The notes under the pieces were generated by a model that was given only the letters and a program-made list of their open reading frames with translations, was not told the origin of the DNA and searched no databases. From a virus, in IMG/VR virus record IMGVR_UViG_3300050013_000065, positions 1 to 64,000 of that record: DNA of 64,000 nt, one strand, 5' to 3'. Below are positions 1-10,885 of this stretch, one piece after another. Each line of letters opens with the position of its first letter. The stretch's first letter is position 1. The position numbers and the translations under genes are program-made.

Positions 1-90
1 TGTGTTTTACGCTAGGCCATCGCCCCAAGAGAAATTCGAAGAAGTAGCCAGATTTTTAACCAAGAACATTTACAAGATTAAGGAGACACC

Positions 91-654
91 ATGTCCGAAT
101 CAAAATCATGGATCATCGTAAGTGACGCGGGTCCGAGCACCCACCCGGTAAGACACACTTCTTTTGAAGAGGCTAAGACAGAGAGCTTCCGTCTAGCCAA
201 ACTGCGCCCCGACTTGAAGTTCGGAGTGTTTGAACTCGTTGGAACCGCTTCGGCCACGCCAAAGAAGAAAACGGTAACGAAGTGGATGCGGGTTTTGAAT
301 AGCGGTAACGACCTAATTCCCGGCTCCAAGTTTTATGACACGAAACAAGAAGCCAACTGTGTGGTATCAAAATTCGACCCCCGGTACCACGGAGAACCAA
401 TCCCGGTGCTTGTCGAAATCGACGTAGACCAGTCGGTCGCCTTCGAAGTGCCGGACGCGAACCCCGCTGTAGAGTACCGTCTCTACAACGGTATTCCAAC
501 TTGGGGTTTCTCACGAGGGGAGACGTTCTTTCCCTTTAATAGCAAAGAGGGAGCCGAACACGGGACAAAGTACCCCAGCGAAAATTATACGGGACGCCCT
601 GTTTCTGCGTGTCCTCTCGTTCCTGAACCAGGATACGCTTACTACTCATTCTAA
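91..654 (+). CDS. hypothetical phage protein
   Basis: 187-aa ORF with AAGGAG RBS; first of a tightly packed + strand run. Confidence 0.7.
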   Translation: MSESKSWIIVSDAGPSTHPVRHTSFEEAKTESFRLAKLRPDLKFGVFELVGTASATPKKKTVTKWMRVLNSGNDLIPGSKFYDTKQEANCVVSKFDPRYHGEPIPVLVEIDVDQSVAFEVPDANPAVEYRLYNGIPTWGFSRGETFFPFNSKEGAEHGTKYPSENYTGRPVSACPLVPEPGYAYYSF

Positions 655-684
655 CCGTCCATTATCTGGACAAAGGAGATTTCC

Positions 685-1077
685 GTGGCAAAGTTTACCG
701 TACTAACACACAATGACCGCAACCTCGTAATTGAGGCGGACCGTTTCGAACCTAACAACACCGACTATGTGTTCTTGAAGGACGGCAGCGTGGTGGGTTC
801 CATTCCCCGCTCGCCCAGCATCTTTGCAGTCGTCAATCAAGAAGCCGAGAAAGCCGACTTCTACTTCGCAGACCACCAAGACGACGATACCTACGCTCCT
901 CCCGTCTGCGAGTGTACTCCAGAGTTTGACGACGAAACCGACGACGTGTGTCTCGACTGCCGGTTCGAAGAGTTCTTGGAGTCTCAGGAATTCTACAACG
1001 CCGTGGCGGACATCGTCTGCGAGATGACAGGAATCACTGGGGAAGATGAACCCAAAGGCGCGGAGGTGACCGATTGA
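685..1077 (+). CDS. hypothetical acidic protein
   Basis: GTG start after AAAGGAG RBS. Confidence 0.65.
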   Translation: MAKFTVLTHNDRNLVIEADRFEPNNTDYVFLKDGSVVGSIPRSPSIFAVVNQEAEKADFYFADHQDDDTYAPPVCECTPEFDDETDDVCLDCRFEEFLESQEFYNAVADIVCEMTGITGEDEPKGAEVTD

Positions 1078-1134
1078 GCAAGGGATTCTCTTACGCAATC
1101 GTAGAAGGGGGTCTCGGAAGGGACCCCCAATGGA

Positions 1135-1653
1135 GTGACGGACGTGAGCAATAAAGGATACCGAAAAGATCCAGCCGAAAGATTTTGGAAAAAGGTAGAT
1201 TGTCTTGGAGAGGACGAATGCTGGAACTGGTCAGGGGCCTGCACCCACAATGGATACGGAGTCTTGGGTCCTAATCTAAAAGAAAGGCGCGCCCATCGTC
1301 TATCTTGGACTCTTCATTATGGAGAAATTCCAGATGGGGCGCTAGTTTTGCATTCTTGTGACAATAGGAAATGTGTCAACCCTAAACATCTATTTCTCGG
1401 GACTCCGCTGGAAAACACCGAGGATATGTACGCCAAAGGAAGAGAACAAAACCCAGGACCGAGCGTGATTCAGTACGGAGAAAATGTTCCTTCCGCTAAA
1501 ATATCAACGGAAGAAGCTAGACAGATTCGGTCTCTGTATCGTCCTTACCAAAGAGGGTTGACCAAATCTCTTGCCGAAAAGTTTGGTCTATCTCAAGGCC
1601 AAATTCGTGTCATCGCAACAGGCCGTCAGTGGTCACATTTGAAGGAGGAATAG
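1135..1653 (+). CDS. HNH homing endonuclease (HNH_3-like)
   Basis: CWNWSG..NGYG, AHRLSW, VLHSCDNRKCVNPKHLFLGT..EN motif and C-terminal HTH-like segment. Confidence 0.9.
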   Translation: MTDVSNKGYRKDPAERFWKKVDCLGEDECWNWSGACTHNGYGVLGPNLKERRAHRLSWTLHYGEIPDGALVLHSCDNRKCVNPKHLFLGTPLENTEDMYAKGREQNPGPSVIQYGENVPSAKISTEEARQIRSLYRPYQRGLTKSLAEKFGLSQGQIRVIATGRQWSHLKEE

Positions 1654-1654
1654 C

Positions 1655-2107
1655 GTGAGTGGATACATAAACGTTACAGTAGTTGGGAGTTTAGGTCGTG
1701 ATCCAGAGATTCGATCCACCACCTCGGGAAAGAAGATTGCTTCGTTCTCCGTAGCTGTGGATCAAGGCTACGGAGAGAACAAGAAGACCGAGTGGGTGAA
1801 TGTAATCGCTTGGGAAAAGCTAGCCGATCTGGCCGAGAAGTACCTCAAGAAGGGCAAGCAAATTGCCCTATCCGGGAGTCTTCAGACTTCCTCGTGGGAA
1901 GACAAGAAGACCGGCGATAAGAAGTACAAGACGGAGGTCGTAGCCCGAGATATTACCTTCATGGACTCTCCCGGGGGAAAGACCAACGATGCTCCCCGAC
2001 CGGAACGGCAAGCTCCCGCACCTCGACAGCAAGCCGCCCCAACCCCGCGAGCGGCTGCAACTGACAACCCGTTTGACGATGATGATGCGTCAGATATACC
2101 TTTTTGA
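1655..2107 (+). CDS. ssb: single-stranded DNA-binding protein
   Basis: GSLGRDPEIR, KTEWVNVIAW, YLKKG, acidic C-terminal DDDDASDIPF. Confidence 0.97.
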   Translation: MSGYINVTVVGSLGRDPEIRSTTSGKKIASFSVAVDQGYGENKKTEWVNVIAWEKLADLAEKYLKKGKQIALSGSLQTSSWEDKKTGDKKYKTEVVARDITFMDSPGGKTNDAPRPERQAPAPRQQAAPTPRAAATDNPFDDDDASDIPF

Positions 2108-3876
2108 GGAAGGAACTACGATGACTAACTTCTACTATGTCTACAAGGTCGGGGGAGGCAGACCGACCTTTCACCACCCAACATTTGAACAGGCTGTATC
2201 AGAGGCCCAGCGTCTAGTTGACTCGGTCGGCGGTGAGTATGAAATCCTCGAAGCCCGGGCGATTGTAAAGGCTGCTCCGAAGTATGTGATTGAAACGCTC
2301 AATCCATCTCCGTGGACGCCCTATCACTACAACGAGGTAGTGGTAGACGATCCGCCCTTCTAGGAGGCATCGTGTCCGAACAAATTGAATTCAAGAGAGC
2401 CGTGAATGAAATCGTGAAGCTGGCCGAGACAAAAGCCTGGAGTCTACCTTCAGCGGAGTACCGAGACTTCTTCAACGAAATCATCAAGGCTCTCAAAAAG
2501 AAAAGGGATGTGGAATGAGAATCCAAGTTACACAGAAGCATATCAATGCGGGTCTCCGGGGGAGTTGCTCTGGGGACCCAATTTGTTTGGCGATGAAAGA
2601 CGCCGGACTAAAAAATATTTGGGCATCTCCGAGTCAGTTGAGGTATAATGGAAGAATAACAGAAATTCCAGAAGAAGTTTTACAGTTTATGAAAAACTTC
2701 GACAACGAGATGCTTGTCGATCCGTTCGAATTTTTACTGGAGGAATGATGCCCAACGCTTGGAAATACAACGATAACGAAGATTACGATGAGTTCACCGC
2801 GAGGCAAGTAACGGTTCGAGACTTAATCGACTACTTAACCCAGTACTTGAGTGAATCTTCCGAAGGAGAAGGAAGAGAACAGTCCAGTCACAATGCCCCC
2901 TTTGGAGTATACATCTTCGACGAAGATGGTGAGTATTACACTCTCGCAGGTGCGGAGCTAAGCAGACGAATGGGGTGTGGGTGCGAAGACGGAATAAATT
3001 TGAGAATCAAGAAGTTTAGTCCAGATAATGGACAGGAGGAAGTATGAAAATTCTAAGCATGATTCAACGCGCCTTCGGCGAAGCCGACGACCAAGAGCAG
3101 GCTGAATTTCTAAACCAACTTGGCTACAGTCTCCTCGAAGCCTGTAAGTTCGACCACAACAAGGTAGAAGGACAACTCTGCTACGTGTCGTCCAAGTTGG
3201 ACAAGCACGGGAAGGAATTGATCCAACAACTCGCCGCGTTTATTGCCCTTCGAGAAAACGAGGAGCCTAGTCCATTTTCTGGACAGGAGGAGCAATGAAC
3301 AAGCTGGTGTTTAGCACAAACGAATACAGGGGCCACAATGTCCGAGCTTACTACGTTGGAGAATCAGGAGACGCCGAAATAGAGGTGTGCAGACCTGATC
3401 GTGTTGTGCGCGTATTCAAGGTTCCAGCATACAAGATCTGGAATTATGCCGCGCACGATACGGACCTAATTGATTCTATTCTGGATAAGGAGGACTGATG
3501 ATAAGCGGAGGAGGATCAACAACCAACACGACCGTTTGCGCTAGGTGCCTGCGGGACCTTGTGTGGAATGAAAGCCGAAAATCTCCAGTGTGGACAGACG
3601 TGCAGTCCGACAGTATGTATTGCCCTTTTGACGGTCGTCTGTCCCCCTCTGCTTTGGCAAAGGCCCATAAGCCGGTCTCCGGAGAAGCCCGATAATGCCT
3701 ACTTCAACTCCTTTGCCCGTAACTATCTGTGAACTGTGTGGGGCGACAAAAGAACCTACGCAATCTTGGAATCCTGTTTATGGGGACTGGACTTGGTACT
3801 ACGAGCACACTTCCCCGAACAGTTGCATTAAGTACCTGCGGTCTTTAATTGACGACACCAGATCCCGAAGGATTGT

Positions 3877-4914
3877 TTGATGCCCACTAAGAAGAAACCA
3901 ATCCCGAAGCAGATTACCCTCAATGAAGAGCAGCAAGCTGTGGTTGACGCGAGGCTCGGAGTATATGCGGTATATGCTGGGCCAGGAAGTGGGAAAACCA
4001 GTGTTGCTGTCCAAAGAGTAGCCGCTCTCGTCCGGGAAGGAGTAGACCCAAACAACCTGCTTGCCTTGTCTTTTACGGCCACAGCGGCGCGCAACCTACG
4101 GGACCGAGTCGAAGCGTTGACCGGTCCTTTGTCCATTACCCGGACAGCGGGGTCTATGACTCTGCACTCCCTAGCCTTAAAGTTTGCGGAGGAAGAAAGA
4201 AATGAATTTCCGTTTGAGCTCGCCGATTTTCCTTTGGCGACTGAGCCAGTTGCTTATCGTCTATCCGCCGAAGCCTCAAAACGCTATGAGATTGACCCCC
4301 GATCTCTACGCTCCGCGATTAGCTTATTTAAGAGGGGTCGCGTTCGTCCTGGTCAGGCCGTCGCTGACGCTGAATCGAAGGGGGACCCCAAGCAACTTCG
4401 ACTAGCCCTGGCCTACAAAGCGTATGACAAGAAGTGCCGGGAGGAAAAGGTTCTCGATTTCGACTCCCTCATGTTCGAGATGGTGGATTTGATGGGCAAG
4501 AAGAAGGCTGTACGAGACCGGTGGCAGTACCAGTTCGTGACCTGCGACGAGGCTCAAGATTGCTGCAAGACTGACTGGGAACTGTTAAAACTGCTATCGG
4601 AGAAATATGGAAACCTATTGGTAGTAGGCGATCCGGGGCAGTCCGTGTTCGGATTTCGGGGAGCATCTCCGAAACTATTTCTGAATATGGAAGAGATGTT
4701 TCCGGGAACTAAGAAGCTATTTCTGGCAACCAATTATCGAAGCACCCGAGAGCTGGTATCGTTCCTGAAAGAGATAGGACCCGTTCCAGAATTGTCCGAG
4801 CGGTTTACTACTCCAAACGACACCGGAGTTCGTCCCGAAATAAAAGGATTCGTATCCCCAGCACTAGAGGCCGAGTTTGTGGTAAAATGTATTCAGGAGA
4901 CACAAAATGTTTAA
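3877..4914 (+). CDS. UvrD/PcrA-like SF1 helicase, N-terminal half
   Basis: Q motif LNEEQ, Walker A AGPGSGKT, LSFT, DEAQD, VGDPGQSVFGFRGA, LATNYRST; ends at EAEFVVKCIQ. Confidence 0.93.
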   Translation: MMPTKKKPIPKQITLNEEQQAVVDARLGVYAVYAGPGSGKTSVAVQRVAALVREGVDPNNLLALSFTATAARNLRDRVEALTGPLSITRTAGSMTLHSLALKFAEEERNEFPFELADFPLATEPVAYRLSAEASKRYEIDPRSLRSAISLFKRGRVRPGQAVADAESKGDPKQLRLALAYKAYDKKCREEKVLDFDSLMFEMVDLMGKKKAVRDRWQYQFVTCDEAQDCCKTDWELLKLLSEKYGNLLVVGDPGQSVFGFRGASPKLFLNMEEMFPGTKKLFLATNYRSTRELVSFLKEIGPVPELSERFTTPNDTGVRPEIKGFVSPALEAEFVVKCIQETQNV

Positions 4915-5188
4915 CGAAACCTACAGCTATGGTGATCTTCCACCCTCTTCAATATGGTCCGGTTTGTTTGGCCCTGGTTATTCTCCGTATTTCCACGAAG
5001 ATTGGGTTGACCCCGCTCCGGAAGGGTGGAGAAACTGGATCGGAGATACTCCGCCGGAAGGTAAATTGATCCAGCGGTGGAGAAAAGAGTGGGACAAGCC
5101 AGTAACCGGATATTCCCACGAGATCAGTCCGTACGCCAACGTAAATGGACTCTACTGGAGACTAACCGGAATTGCAAAGGAGACCTAA
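4907..5188 (+). CDS. hypothetical protein lying between the helicase halves
   Basis: 93-aa ORF overlapping the upstream stop, AGGAG RBS. Confidence 0.6.
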   Translation: MFNETYSYGDLPPSSIWSGLFGPGYSPYFHEDWVDPAPEGWRNWIGDTPPEGKLIQRWRKEWDKPVTGYSHEISPYANVNGLYWRLTGIAKET

Positions 5189-5273
5189 TGGATGATCTTT
5201 CAATGTTCTTAGGAGCAGTAGGACTTCTGATCTTTCTTTTGATCTGGGCTAAGCTGAACGAGAAGGAGGGACG

Positions 5274-5465
5274 ATGAAGTGGACTAACATAAAAGATCAA
5301 CTACCTGAAGAATCGTGGGATAAATTCTTCCTCGGGAGACTATCACAAGAGCACATGTGGACTACACATAGGACGTGTCCGTATGATGTAGTAAGTGGGG
5401 CTTATTTGAATCGTTTTCCGGGCCTGTATACTCATTGGATGCTTATCCCAGAGGAGTCCGAATGA
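5274..5465 (+). CDS. DUF551-like small phage protein
   Basis: MKW..IKDQLPE...THWMLIPE signature. Confidence 0.65.
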   Translation: MKWTNIKDQLPEESWDKFFLGRLSQEHMWTTHRTCPYDVVSGAYLNRFPGLYTHWMLIPEESE

Positions 5466-5598
5466 ACAACCTAGATTTGTTGTATGAGATCAAAAACCGC
5501 CTCGGGATGCTCGACCTCGGTCTCGCCCTTTGTATCCCTTTGCTTGTTCTTAATATGGCTTTTACTGCCATTCTTCTGAACAGAAAGGAGTCCAGATA

Positions 5599-6423
5599 AT
5601 GGACAAACCGACTACGGCGATCCTCTGCCGGGTGAATGCCGGACTCAGGCCGTTCGAGCAGGCGTTGTCCGAAGCGGGGGTTCCGTTTCACTATATCAAC
5701 CGTGCGGGGTTCTTTTCTCAACCAGAAATCCAATCAAGCCTCGCTTATCTCGGAGCCTGTTTGTTCCCAGCTAACTATTTGATTTCAGGAATGTTGCGTT
5801 CGGATTTTCACCCTACTAAGTTCCTTCCGAAGACTAAACTAGCCGCCCGATTTAAGGAGTTGAAAGCCAACGACCCCGAAGTGTCTTACTGGACTCTGAT
5901 TACCAAGGAACCTAGAACGCTGGTCGATCCGAGAAACTTGGAAGCTCTGCAACACTTCTCACAGTTCGTCCACTCTCTGTCTAGATACCGAGACCTTCCC
6001 CCCTCTGAGGCCCTCAAACAGGTGCTCGGAGCTTTGAAGGTTGGAGACCATTTTGCTGAGCAAGAAACCATTGACAATGACCCCTTGCAGAACCTGTCTG
6101 ACTTGATAAAAATGGCAGGTAAGTATCGGTCCATCAAAGAGTTCCTGGATTTTACACGAAGAGTTGCCGCCGCCTCTCGGGCTAAGAAGGGGGTGGCCCT
6201 CGGAACAATCCACAGCGCCAAGGGCCTTCAGTGGCACTCGGTTTTCCTGGTAAGCTGCCAAGAGGGTATTTTACCTCATTCCAAATCTACTGATCTAGAA
6301 GGCGAACGGAACTGCTTTTTTGTGGCGTGTTCACGGGCCGAACAGAAATTGACTGTAACGTACAGTGGACAGCCAAGCTCATTTGTGATACCATACTTGC
6401 AGGTTAATAAGGAGGAAGCATGA
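5599..6423 (+). CDS. UvrD/PcrA-like SF1 helicase, C-terminal half
   Basis: AILCRVN, motif V TIHSAKGLQW..VF, motif VI ERNCFFVACSRAEQKL; own AAAGGAG RBS. Confidence 0.93.
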   Translation: MDKPTTAILCRVNAGLRPFEQALSEAGVPFHYINRAGFFSQPEIQSSLAYLGACLFPANYLISGMLRSDFHPTKFLPKTKLAARFKELKANDPEVSYWTLITKEPRTLVDPRNLEALQHFSQFVHSLSRYRDLPPSEALKQVLGALKVGDHFAEQETIDNDPLQNLSDLIKMAGKYRSIKEFLDFTRRVAAASRAKKGVALGTIHSAKGLQWHSVFLVSCQEGILPHSKSTDLEGERNCFFVACSRAEQKLTVTYSGQPSSFVIPYLQVNKEEA

Positions 6424-6893
6424 GATTCTGGACGCACAAAATGACAGATGAATCAGCACCGATTGAACCCACGTCTCTCGAACAAGCTCTCAAAGAGTAC
6501 CCAGACAAGGTTCAGGTTCTAGAAACCCCAACGGACCCGCCTCCTGACATGTCCACAAAGCCAAAGGACATTGTTGAGTATTGCTTTGGGTATGCCTGCC
6601 CGAAAAAGCACGTATTTGACCTATTTGACTCAATTACACCGGCTGGATATGATACCCAAAAAGCATGTCCAAAATGTGGGGAGTTGGCGAAACCATCGGT
6701 AATCCGAAAAATAGCAGAGCCGGTGTGGCGTAAGCTTATTTCAGACATGTCCTCGGAAATAAACGATGAATCAGAGTTTAAGTGGCGCACAACTTCCCTA
6801 GTTGGTTATAGAAAAATTACGCTGTGGAGCCGTTATGAGTTTGTCCATTATCTGGACCCAGTTAAGCCTAGACCAAGACGGAGGAAGAAATGA
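6420..6893 (+). CDS. Zn-ribbon hypothetical protein (paralogue of 19889-20338)
   Basis: ACPKKH...CPKCG, ends EFVHYLD. Confidence 0.6.
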   Translation: MRFWTHKMTDESAPIEPTSLEQALKEYPDKVQVLETPTDPPPDMSTKPKDIVEYCFGYACPKKHVFDLFDSITPAGYDTQKACPKCGELAKPSVIRKIAEPVWRKLISDMSSEINDESEFKWRTTSLVGYRKITLWSRYEFVHYLDPVKPRPRRRKK

Positions 6894-8077
6894 GTGTACT
6901 CTACACCAGCGCTTCTGGAAGACAAGTAACCCACAGTTCCTCTAGCGCGCTTGATACTTTTAGACTGTGCCGACGTAAATTCCGCTTGTCCCGCATCGAC
7001 GGATGGAAGCAGAAGGCCCGCAAAGCTAGTTTGGAAATTGGAAAGTGCTTGGAATCCGCCCTCCAGTTCTACCACGATAACGGCCTAAAGGACGGCGACT
7101 TTGAATCAGAGTGGCAGCGACTGTGGCTAAAATTTGCCAATATTGACCTCACCTACACGGACCAGGAGAAGGACTGGAAGAACGTCTATGATCTTGGAAA
7201 GGACTGGGCACGGCTATACCCCATTCTCCTCCCCACATTTCCAATCCGAAACCCCAAGTGGCAGCTTCAGTTCCTCAAGGAATTGTGGCCTAGAGATCCC
7301 TTGTATGGCGGTCTCAGCTTCATGGGATACACCGATATGCTGTCTACGTTAGAAGACGGAACCCGACTAATCATCGACGTGAAGACAGCTGCAAAGGCAC
7401 TCCCAGTAACCTCGGATTTGATGGCTCTCGATGGCCAACTCCGAAAGTACGCATGGGTAAGTGGGATAAACCAAGTCAGTTTCTTAAACTTCGTAAAATG
7501 CGACCCTAGTTCCTTTCGTAAAGGAGTGGACGTAACTCTACTAGAGGATACCCGAGATTGGAAGGCTGGGCAACCCCTGGTCGTTTTCAAAGCTGAAGAG
7601 AAGCAGTTCGGAGCTTCTGAAACTCCTCTCCTGCTGCTTACCCTCGGAACTGCCGAAACTGTCCGGATAATGGACGAAGAGTTAGACATCATCAAGGGGA
7701 AGGGAAGTACGGAAGCCAAGGCGGCGGTAGTCTCTTCTTATCTCTCAGACGGTCGGCTGTGTGTAGTTGAAAGATCGGGGGTCACTAAGGTCAAAATCCA
7801 ATTCGTTCGTGGTACAATACCAGAAGAAGACTTGCCAGAGATCGGGCAACAGATCGGGCAGGATATGATCGCTCTCAAATCCGCGTCTGATACCAACTCC
7901 TTCTTCAAGGATGGTGGTGTGCGATTTCCAAATGCCATTTGTGGGTGGTGCGAATTTTTGCCCATTTGCAACCGAAATGACCAGCGTCGGGACGAGACCT
8001 TAGTTCAAATCAAACCCGCCAACGCCACTGAAGAGAAAGACTGGCTCACCGAATTAGAAAGCGAGGACGGTGAATGA
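6890..8077 (+). CDS. PD-(D/E)xK nuclease (RecB/Cas4-like exonuclease)
   Basis: S.SALDTF..C, GYTD...IIDVKT, QLRKY, C-terminal CGWCEF..IC cluster. Confidence 0.85.
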   Translation: MSVLYTSASGRQVTHSSSSALDTFRLCRRKFRLSRIDGWKQKARKASLEIGKCLESALQFYHDNGLKDGDFESEWQRLWLKFANIDLTYTDQEKDWKNVYDLGKDWARLYPILLPTFPIRNPKWQLQFLKELWPRDPLYGGLSFMGYTDMLSTLEDGTRLIIDVKTAAKALPVTSDLMALDGQLRKYAWVSGINQVSFLNFVKCDPSSFRKGVDVTLLEDTRDWKAGQPLVVFKAEEKQFGASETPLLLLTLGTAETVRIMDEELDIIKGKGSTEAKAAVVSSYLSDGRLCVVERSGVTKVKIQFVRGTIPEEDLPEIGQQIGQDMIALKSASDTNSFFKDGGVRFPNAICGWCEFLPICNRNDQRRDETLVQIKPANATEEKDWLTELESEDGE

Positions 8078-8306
8078 TCATCTATACAAAATCAGGAAGC
8101 AAGTACCGAATCGACCTCGACGCCAAGACCTGGGAACGTCTGCACCATGACCCAACGTCCAACAATCTTCGGACGCCCAGAGGTTCCTACTTGGAAATCC
8201 GACTCAAGCTGGGAGAACCGATGGAGATGCTGTGTCCGCCTCTTGTAGCAGATGCAGACGCCCGGTACGTAGGAACCAGCACTGTAACTAGAATGGAGGA
8301 GGAGTA

Positions 8307-8582
8307 ATGGAACGTATCATACGTAATGCTGCCCGCTGTAAGAAGTGCGGGGATGAACTTGAATCGGAAAACAGACACGATTTCGTGACCTGCTCGTGTG
8401 GCGCGCTGTCCGTAGATGGGGGTCTTGACTACTTGAAGAGGTGCGGAGACCCAACGAACTGCGAGGAACTGTCCGAGTACTCGGACGAACCCGTACTGCC
8501 GAAGCCCCGAGTCAGCCACTACGGACTCCTGCTTGACCAAACCGAAGAGCCTAAGATTCTAGGCGGAAAGTTGACTCGATAA
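8307..8582 (+). CDS. conserved phage Zn-finger protein
   Basis: RNAARCKKCGD..ES..RHDFVTCSCG.LSVDGG. Confidence 0.75.
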   Translation: MERIIRNAARCKKCGDELESENRHDFVTCSCGALSVDGGLDYLKRCGDPTNCEELSEYSDEPVLPKPRVSHYGLLLDQTEEPKILGGKLTR

Positions 8583-8883
8583 TGGCCTACGAATATGTAA
8601 AACAGTATTACGGAGTTCCTGTTGAAATTGGACAGAGGGTTTCTATGGAAGGTCGTAGACTGGAGTACGGGACTGTGGTCCGGAAAAGGGCGTACGATCA
8701 ATATGTCCATGTCCGCTTCGATGGCCAGAAGTTCGATGTCCCCGTACACCCTCTGGACTTGAAGTATCTTGCTCCGGGCGAAGAGATGTCCGGTTAAATG
8801 TCCGGATAATGGATTCCCACGAAACAGGCAGTATAATACTGTTTTACGACTGGAAATAACGTTTTACGACGGAGAGGAGGAAA

Positions 8884-9276
8884 ATGCCAGCACGAGTTAT
8901 TGATGATTCAATCTATCTTTCAGACAAGATCAAAGCTCTCCGTCCCGAACATCGGGCAGAATACTCATATCTACTCCCCCTGACGGAAGCCAACGGGGTA
9001 TTGGAAGCCAACCCAGCCCGTATTTGGTCCGCCGCATACTCGTATCACCGAGAAGGAATTGACATCGAATGGGTCCGAGAATTGCTTGAGGACCTAAAAC
9101 AACAGGACCTTCTCCGAACTTGGGAAGAGGCGGGAAAAACATGGGGGTGGTGGGTAGGAATCGACAAACCGGGCAGGCTCCCCTCCAAGGAACACCTCAA
9201 AAGATACAAGAATTTACCGCCATTTCCGCCCCTACGAATAAGGTCGGATGACGTTGTCCCGGAGCCTCCCGGATAG
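8884..9276 (+). CDS. putative replication initiator, N-terminal domain
   Basis: MPARVIDDSIYLSDKI...helical N-terminus typical of phage Rep proteins; followed by short repeats; strong GGAGGA RBS. Confidence 0.55.
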   Translation: MPARVIDDSIYLSDKIKALRPEHRAEYSYLLPLTEANGVLEANPARIWSAAYSYHREGIDIEWVRELLEDLKQQDLLRTWEEAGKTWGWWVGIDKPGRLPSKEHLKRYKNLPPFPPLRIRSDDVVPEPPG

Positions 9277-9340
9277 GTCCGGTCCGGGACTGGTCCGGTC
9301 CTGAAGGGTATTGGTATGGTATGGTATGGTATGGTGTGGA
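9255..9340. repeat. short repeats (TCCCGGA x2, GGTCC x4, TATGG x4); candidate origin
   Basis: directly visible at the 3' end of the rep-like gene. Confidence 0.6.
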
Positions 9341-9391
9341 GTCTCGCGGAGCGAATTTTAAAACTATTCTGAATAATGGACAAGGAGAAGC

Positions 9392-10054
9392 ATGAAAATC
9401 AAGAAAGAACTTCAAGCGGTGTGCGCGGCTTTCGGGGAAAAACCAGGGGGTTACCAATCAACCTGGGAAGACGCTCAGGCTTTGGCGGTGGTCCACTCTG
9501 TCGGTGCGGTAGTTCGGGACTTCACTGAGTGGATGGAAGAGAACCAAGGGGATGATTTTTCCTACGGACCGGTATCGAAGTATCTGCAAGTAGCCTCAGC
9601 ACGACTTTCCAGTGGTGCCTCGCCTGTCTCAGCGGCTTTGAAGGACCCGGAGGTAGTAGCACTAGTCCGAGAGCTGTCCTACGCGTCTGGGGGCCAAATC
9701 TGCTTCGTAGATAAGCAACGTGCTCGGCTGGCAGAAGTGCTGAAAGAGTTCTCCGCCGAGGAAATCAAGTCCGCGTTCAAAACTTGGGTTGGGGCGCAGG
9801 ACCTGAACGACCCTAAGAACGTATCCTTCCTGCCCGGAAAGTTCGTCCAGATAGTGGACAACCTCACCTACGCCGCCCGGAAGCAGAAGCAAGAAGCCGA
9901 GGAAGCCAAAACCCAGAGGGACGCCGCCGTAGTCAAAATGCAGGAGCAGGCCGAGCTTGAACGGAAACAGGCAGAGGAGAAGAAAGCCAAAGAGGCCCAG
10001 ATTTTTGATCCTCTCGCCGATTTGCTGTCCGAAAATGACCAAACTGTGGTATAA
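9392..10054 (+). CDS. hypothetical replication-associated protein
   Basis: 220 aa, AAGGAG RBS, coiled-coil C-terminus, between rep-like gene and primase. Confidence 0.6.
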   Translation: MKIKKELQAVCAAFGEKPGGYQSTWEDAQALAVVHSVGAVVRDFTEWMEENQGDDFSYGPVSKYLQVASARLSSGASPVSAALKDPEVVALVRELSYASGGQICFVDKQRARLAEVLKEFSAEEIKSAFKTWVGAQDLNDPKNVSFLPGKFVQIVDNLTYAARKQKQEAEEAKTQRDAAVVKMQEQAELERKQAEEKKAKEAQIFDPLADLLSENDQTVV

Positions 10055-10885
10055 TGGTTTTGTGTCCAAAGGAGGAAGTATGAAATACCAGAATATAGCG
10101 AGCGCAGTTGAAGAAGCGGAGAGGTTCATCGCAAAGTCAAAGATTCTCTTGGGGTTGACGGGGGAAGAGAGCGAGTACGTTCTTCAAGGCCGGGAGTCTG
10201 CGTCGGTCCGCAGATGCTCCCTCGAACTGTCCAACCTTTTGTCCCAAATGAGAAAGTCTGATTGGGATGAAGCATGAGGACTTGTGATGTGTGCTCCGAT
10301 GACCAACTCGAAGCGTGGGCAGAAGACATTGGATATGTGAAGACGGAATAGGAGACAACATGGATTGGGAACAGAAATTTAGAGCGATGCAGGCCCTCCT
10401 GATTTTTAAGGGAGATGCCGCCCTCCACATGCGGACTCCGGGAGACTGGTATGTAGGTCTTCCTGGCGTGAGTCTGAAGAAAGAGTTCACGTTGGAGGGG
10501 GTGTCGGGTTCGGGGAATACTCCCGAAGAAGCCATAAACTCAGCATGGAAAAGGTTAACCAATCCGGGACTAGGGCAGTATCTAGTGACTAGGACTCTCA
10601 CCAACCCCAGCAAAGCCGTGAGGTGGAACGGATTCATGTGGGAGGATGTTGCGGAGGAGAAGCAATGCTGATCAGCGAATTCAGTTTGAGAAACAAAGAG
10701 CCACTTCCTGACATCGTCTTGTTCGCGGGTGATCTCCTCGAACATCACGGAGAGCTGTTCGGACATACTTTCGGCGTCCAAACTGCTGTAGACAAAGCTG
10801 CCCGGATGTTGACTATGCAGCTTGAAGAAGATGAAGACTGGGTGTAATTTAGGCGTCTGCTCCGGAGCCAGGATATACAAGGGGA

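Noticed and set aside
1105-1130. Third copy of the pseudoknot leader before the first HNH gene
   Set aside because: It has a similar GGGGG/CCCCC stem but only a GGAA tetraloop with no downstream complement.
4915-5598. Intron or ribosomal bypass in the helicase gap
   Set aside because: No P1/P7 elements were found; the gap is filled with RBS-bearing coupled ORFs and the second half has its own RBS.
6890-8077. Cas4 as evidence of a CRISPR system
   Set aside because: Solo PD-(D/E)xK nucleases are common in phage recombination modules; there is no array or other cas gene.
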